Below are positions 61,201 through 64,000 of a stretch of 64,000 bases of DNA, in pieces. A program made the position numbers and the translations under genes. The notes beneath the pieces are model-generated. The model saw only the letters and a program-made list of their open reading frames with translations, was not told the DNA's origin and made no database searches. This DNA is from Selaginella moellendorffii (lineage: Eukaryota > Plantae > Lycopodiophyta). The DNA is taken from the NCBI RefSeq assembly GCF_000143415.4, contig NW_003314282.1, positions 1,011,374 to 1,075,373 on the forward strand, in the 5' to 3' direction. Each line of letters begins with the position of its first letter. Position 1 is the first letter of the stretch.

Positions 61201-64000
61201 GGAAAAGCTCTTGAGTGGTATAATACTATAGAGGATTCTATACCACATGACGAGAAACTTGAACAATTCAAGGAATAGTTCCCAGTTGGAGGAACACTGG
61301 AGGAGCATTATGAGCAAATTAAGAATATAAAACAGCAATTAAAGGAAGGAATTCAAGACTATACTAGACGATTCAAATTACATGCAAAGAAATGTAAAGA
61401 TCTAATCACTGACAAAGGCAAAAGTTTATCTTACATACAAGGATTACAAAAAGCCTATTGAAACATGATAGCCTTGGCTGATACATTTGATGAAAAAAGT
61501 GTTGATTCACTATCTCAAAAAATCTTAAAACTTGAAAAACAATTTAAGCAATTCACTAAAGGTGAATCTTCTCATGCTAATGATGACTCGGATGATGACG
61601 AGGAAGAAATACTAATCAAATTCAAGAAGAAATAGATACAGGGTAAATACAATAGACATGTATTGAAGAAGTTAACTTTAACCAAGTTTAAACAAGGAGT
61701 CTTTTGTACAAAATGCAAAAATGAAGGACATTTTGTTTCAGACTATAAATTCTATTTACCCAAATGTCATATTTGTGATAGAGAAGGACATATAGCCAAG
61801 AATTGTCAATATAGAAATACCATCGAAATTTCAAGAGTGGAAAATATTCAATGAGGACCACCATGACAAAATTATTAAGGAAACAACAACCACGAAAAAA
61901 GACTACCAAGAAACTATTATTACCAAGATAATCAACAATATAATCAAAGATATAATTGTGGATATAATCCCCCACGAAATTGAAATTATAGTCAAGGACA
62001 AAACAATTATAGAGGCAATTACAACCAATAACGATATAATGGACAACTAAACAATTATCAACGTCCACAAGGGAACAACTACAACCAAAGCCAACAAAGG
62101 CAATATAACAATTACAACAATCAAGCATCACAACAAAATTATCAACCAAAACAAAATCAACCACAAGAAAATCAATCTAGACAACAATACAATCTATAAA
62201 ACCAAAGAGTCAATTAAGTTCCTGTTGGAAGACCACCACCAGCACGAGCAGTCCAAGCAGAAGTTGATATAGAAGATGAGGAATAAATAATGACTGAAGA
62301 ATCAAAAGTCTTGGCAATCACAAGAACACAATATAAATGTTAACAACTTGATAATTATGAAGAACAAGATGAAAGTGATCAAGCATTAGAAATCAAGAAT
62401 ATAGAATGGAAAAAGAGTAAGAAATTACTTAAAACCATTCAACAAGAGCTTCAAAACAAAGATCTTGAAATTATTAATGATCAAATATACAATCAAGACA
62501 ACTAAATTCAAGTATTAAGCTTTACTCAAGATGAGCATACAACCATTGCCAAGCACATATTACAGCAAGGAATTACTTTAACCCTATAACAAATACTACA
62601 AATAGCACCATATATGAAAAACCAAATCTTAAAGATATGTAATTGAAAAATCCTTGAAGCTTGCACACAAGAAAAATACCAATCTCAACCAACACAACAA
62701 AAACATACTGAAAGAATCCAACCCAATGATTATGATGATAATGTACCTTGTATCAATGTATACATCGGCAAAAATCATATTGAAAGAGCTATCCTTGGAT
62801 GGAGGCTCTAGGGTTAATACCATTGAATATGCACTATGTAAAGCTTTAGGACTGGGTAGTATACAAATTGCACCATTCAATGTATACATGGTTGATCAAA
62901 GAGTTGTCAGACTAATAGCTATTATATATGATGTCTTTATAACAATCAAAGGACATAAATTTAAAGTTAACTTTGTTGTGTTAAAAATGCCGATTGAAGA
63001 ATCTTCTTATGAAATCTTGTTAGGCAGACCTTAGCTTAACAAAGTTGTTTCTGCACAATATTGGATGGAACATGAGATATGTATACAATCCCAAAAAGGA
63101 CAACTAAAATATCAACATTGACAAGTGGAAAATCTCAAGAAGTTTTCGACCAATACAAATTCAAGAGTACAATTGGTAAGAAGCTTAAACAATCTTGAAG
63201 AAACTAAATTATTTGAAACATATCTTGAACTTAAGGCAATCCAAAAAATTGACCTCAACAACATACTTCCTATATCCAAGTGTCAAGACTGTGAAGGTTC
63301 AAAACAACCAAATTTAAAGAAGACAAATACAACAAAAACCACTATACAAAAAGCAAGACTAGTGATACAACCAGAACAACTACAAACTATAGAATATCAC
63401 TTAGATATACAAGATGAACCACCCTTCATCATCGAAAATCAAGAATTCAAACTTCACATAAATATCAATAAAGACATTGAAGAATTAAATCTAGGGATTC
63501 CCTCAAATCCACAAAACGTCTCAATAACTACACAACTTGACAAAACTTTTAAACTTGACGCTACTACATTCCTTACTAAGTATAAAGATGTCTTTGCTTA
63601 GTCATATAAAGATCTCAAAGGTATATCACCTGATTTATGTATATATTGAATTGAATTACTTCCAGGCATTCGACCTATTAAATAAACTGCTTACCAGATG
63701 AATCCAATGTTCACTGAAAAAGTAAAAACTGAAATCAACAAACTCTTTGAAGCAGGATTTATATATCCAATACAAAATATCCAATGGCTATCACCTTTAG
63801 TTATTGTACTTAAGAAAAATGGGAAATTACACATTTGTGTGAATTACAAGAAGTTAAATAATGCCACTATGAAAGATGCATTTCCTATACCAGTTTTAGA
63901 GGAAATACTCGATGTCATAGTCGGTCATGAGATATGTTCATTTCTTGACGGTTTTTCAGACTACAATCAAATACACATAACTGTCAAAAATCAACATAAA
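58241..64000 (+). mobile_element. Degenerate non-chromovirus (Athila/Tat-like) Ty3/gypsy element running off the window end
   Basis: Putative LTR end TGTCA (58746) and PBS TGGTGCTGTT (58751; CpG-decayed TGGCGCCGTT). Gag with two Zn knuckles (~61705-61810), protease LDGGSRVN, RT start YKDVFA...WLSPLVIVLKKNGKLHICV...FLDGFSDYNQI. Left boundary approximate. Confidence 0.88.
59440..60537 (-). pseudogene. Antisense extra reading frame of the Athila/Tat-like element
   Basis: ORFs 60277-60537, 59698-60114 and 59440-59679 are one frame broken only by TAA, TAG and TGA. Confidence 0.65.

Overview
Eukaryotic plant nuclear DNA, most likely the lycophyte Selaginella. This is inferred from the ~50-65 nt introns, tiny intergenic gaps, PLS/E-class PPR relics and a cilia-type WD40 gene; no database search was run. 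1-6.5 kb is a patchwork of decayed local duplicates: F-box/LRR pseudogenes, a Ty3/gypsy fragment and a scrambled VDAC copy. 6.7-26.2 kb is gene-dense: GPI-anchored LTP/AGP, BSD-domain gene, USP-like/kinase, tRNA-His, TAF7, LSM2, tRNA-Leu, a CLE precursor, DMC1, an EF-hand/WD40 gene, VDAC and an intact aspartic-protease-like gene. TAF7 and DMC1 each carry a U12-type AT-AC intron. 26-44 kb is a decaying tandem array of two aspartic-protease-like subfamilies with altered catalytic motifs, PPR relics and an orphan tail-anchored ORF, interrupted by a hAT element that holds a solo LTR. 44.5-46.5 kb is an AT-rich island with an intact secreted PLAT/ATS3-like gene. 46.5-64 kb is a nest of LTR retrotransposons: a host Ty3/gypsy, a solo LTR, a young non-coding 7.46 kb element with tandem arrays and tRNA T-arm hairpins, and an Athila/Tat-like element with a long antisense reading frame.
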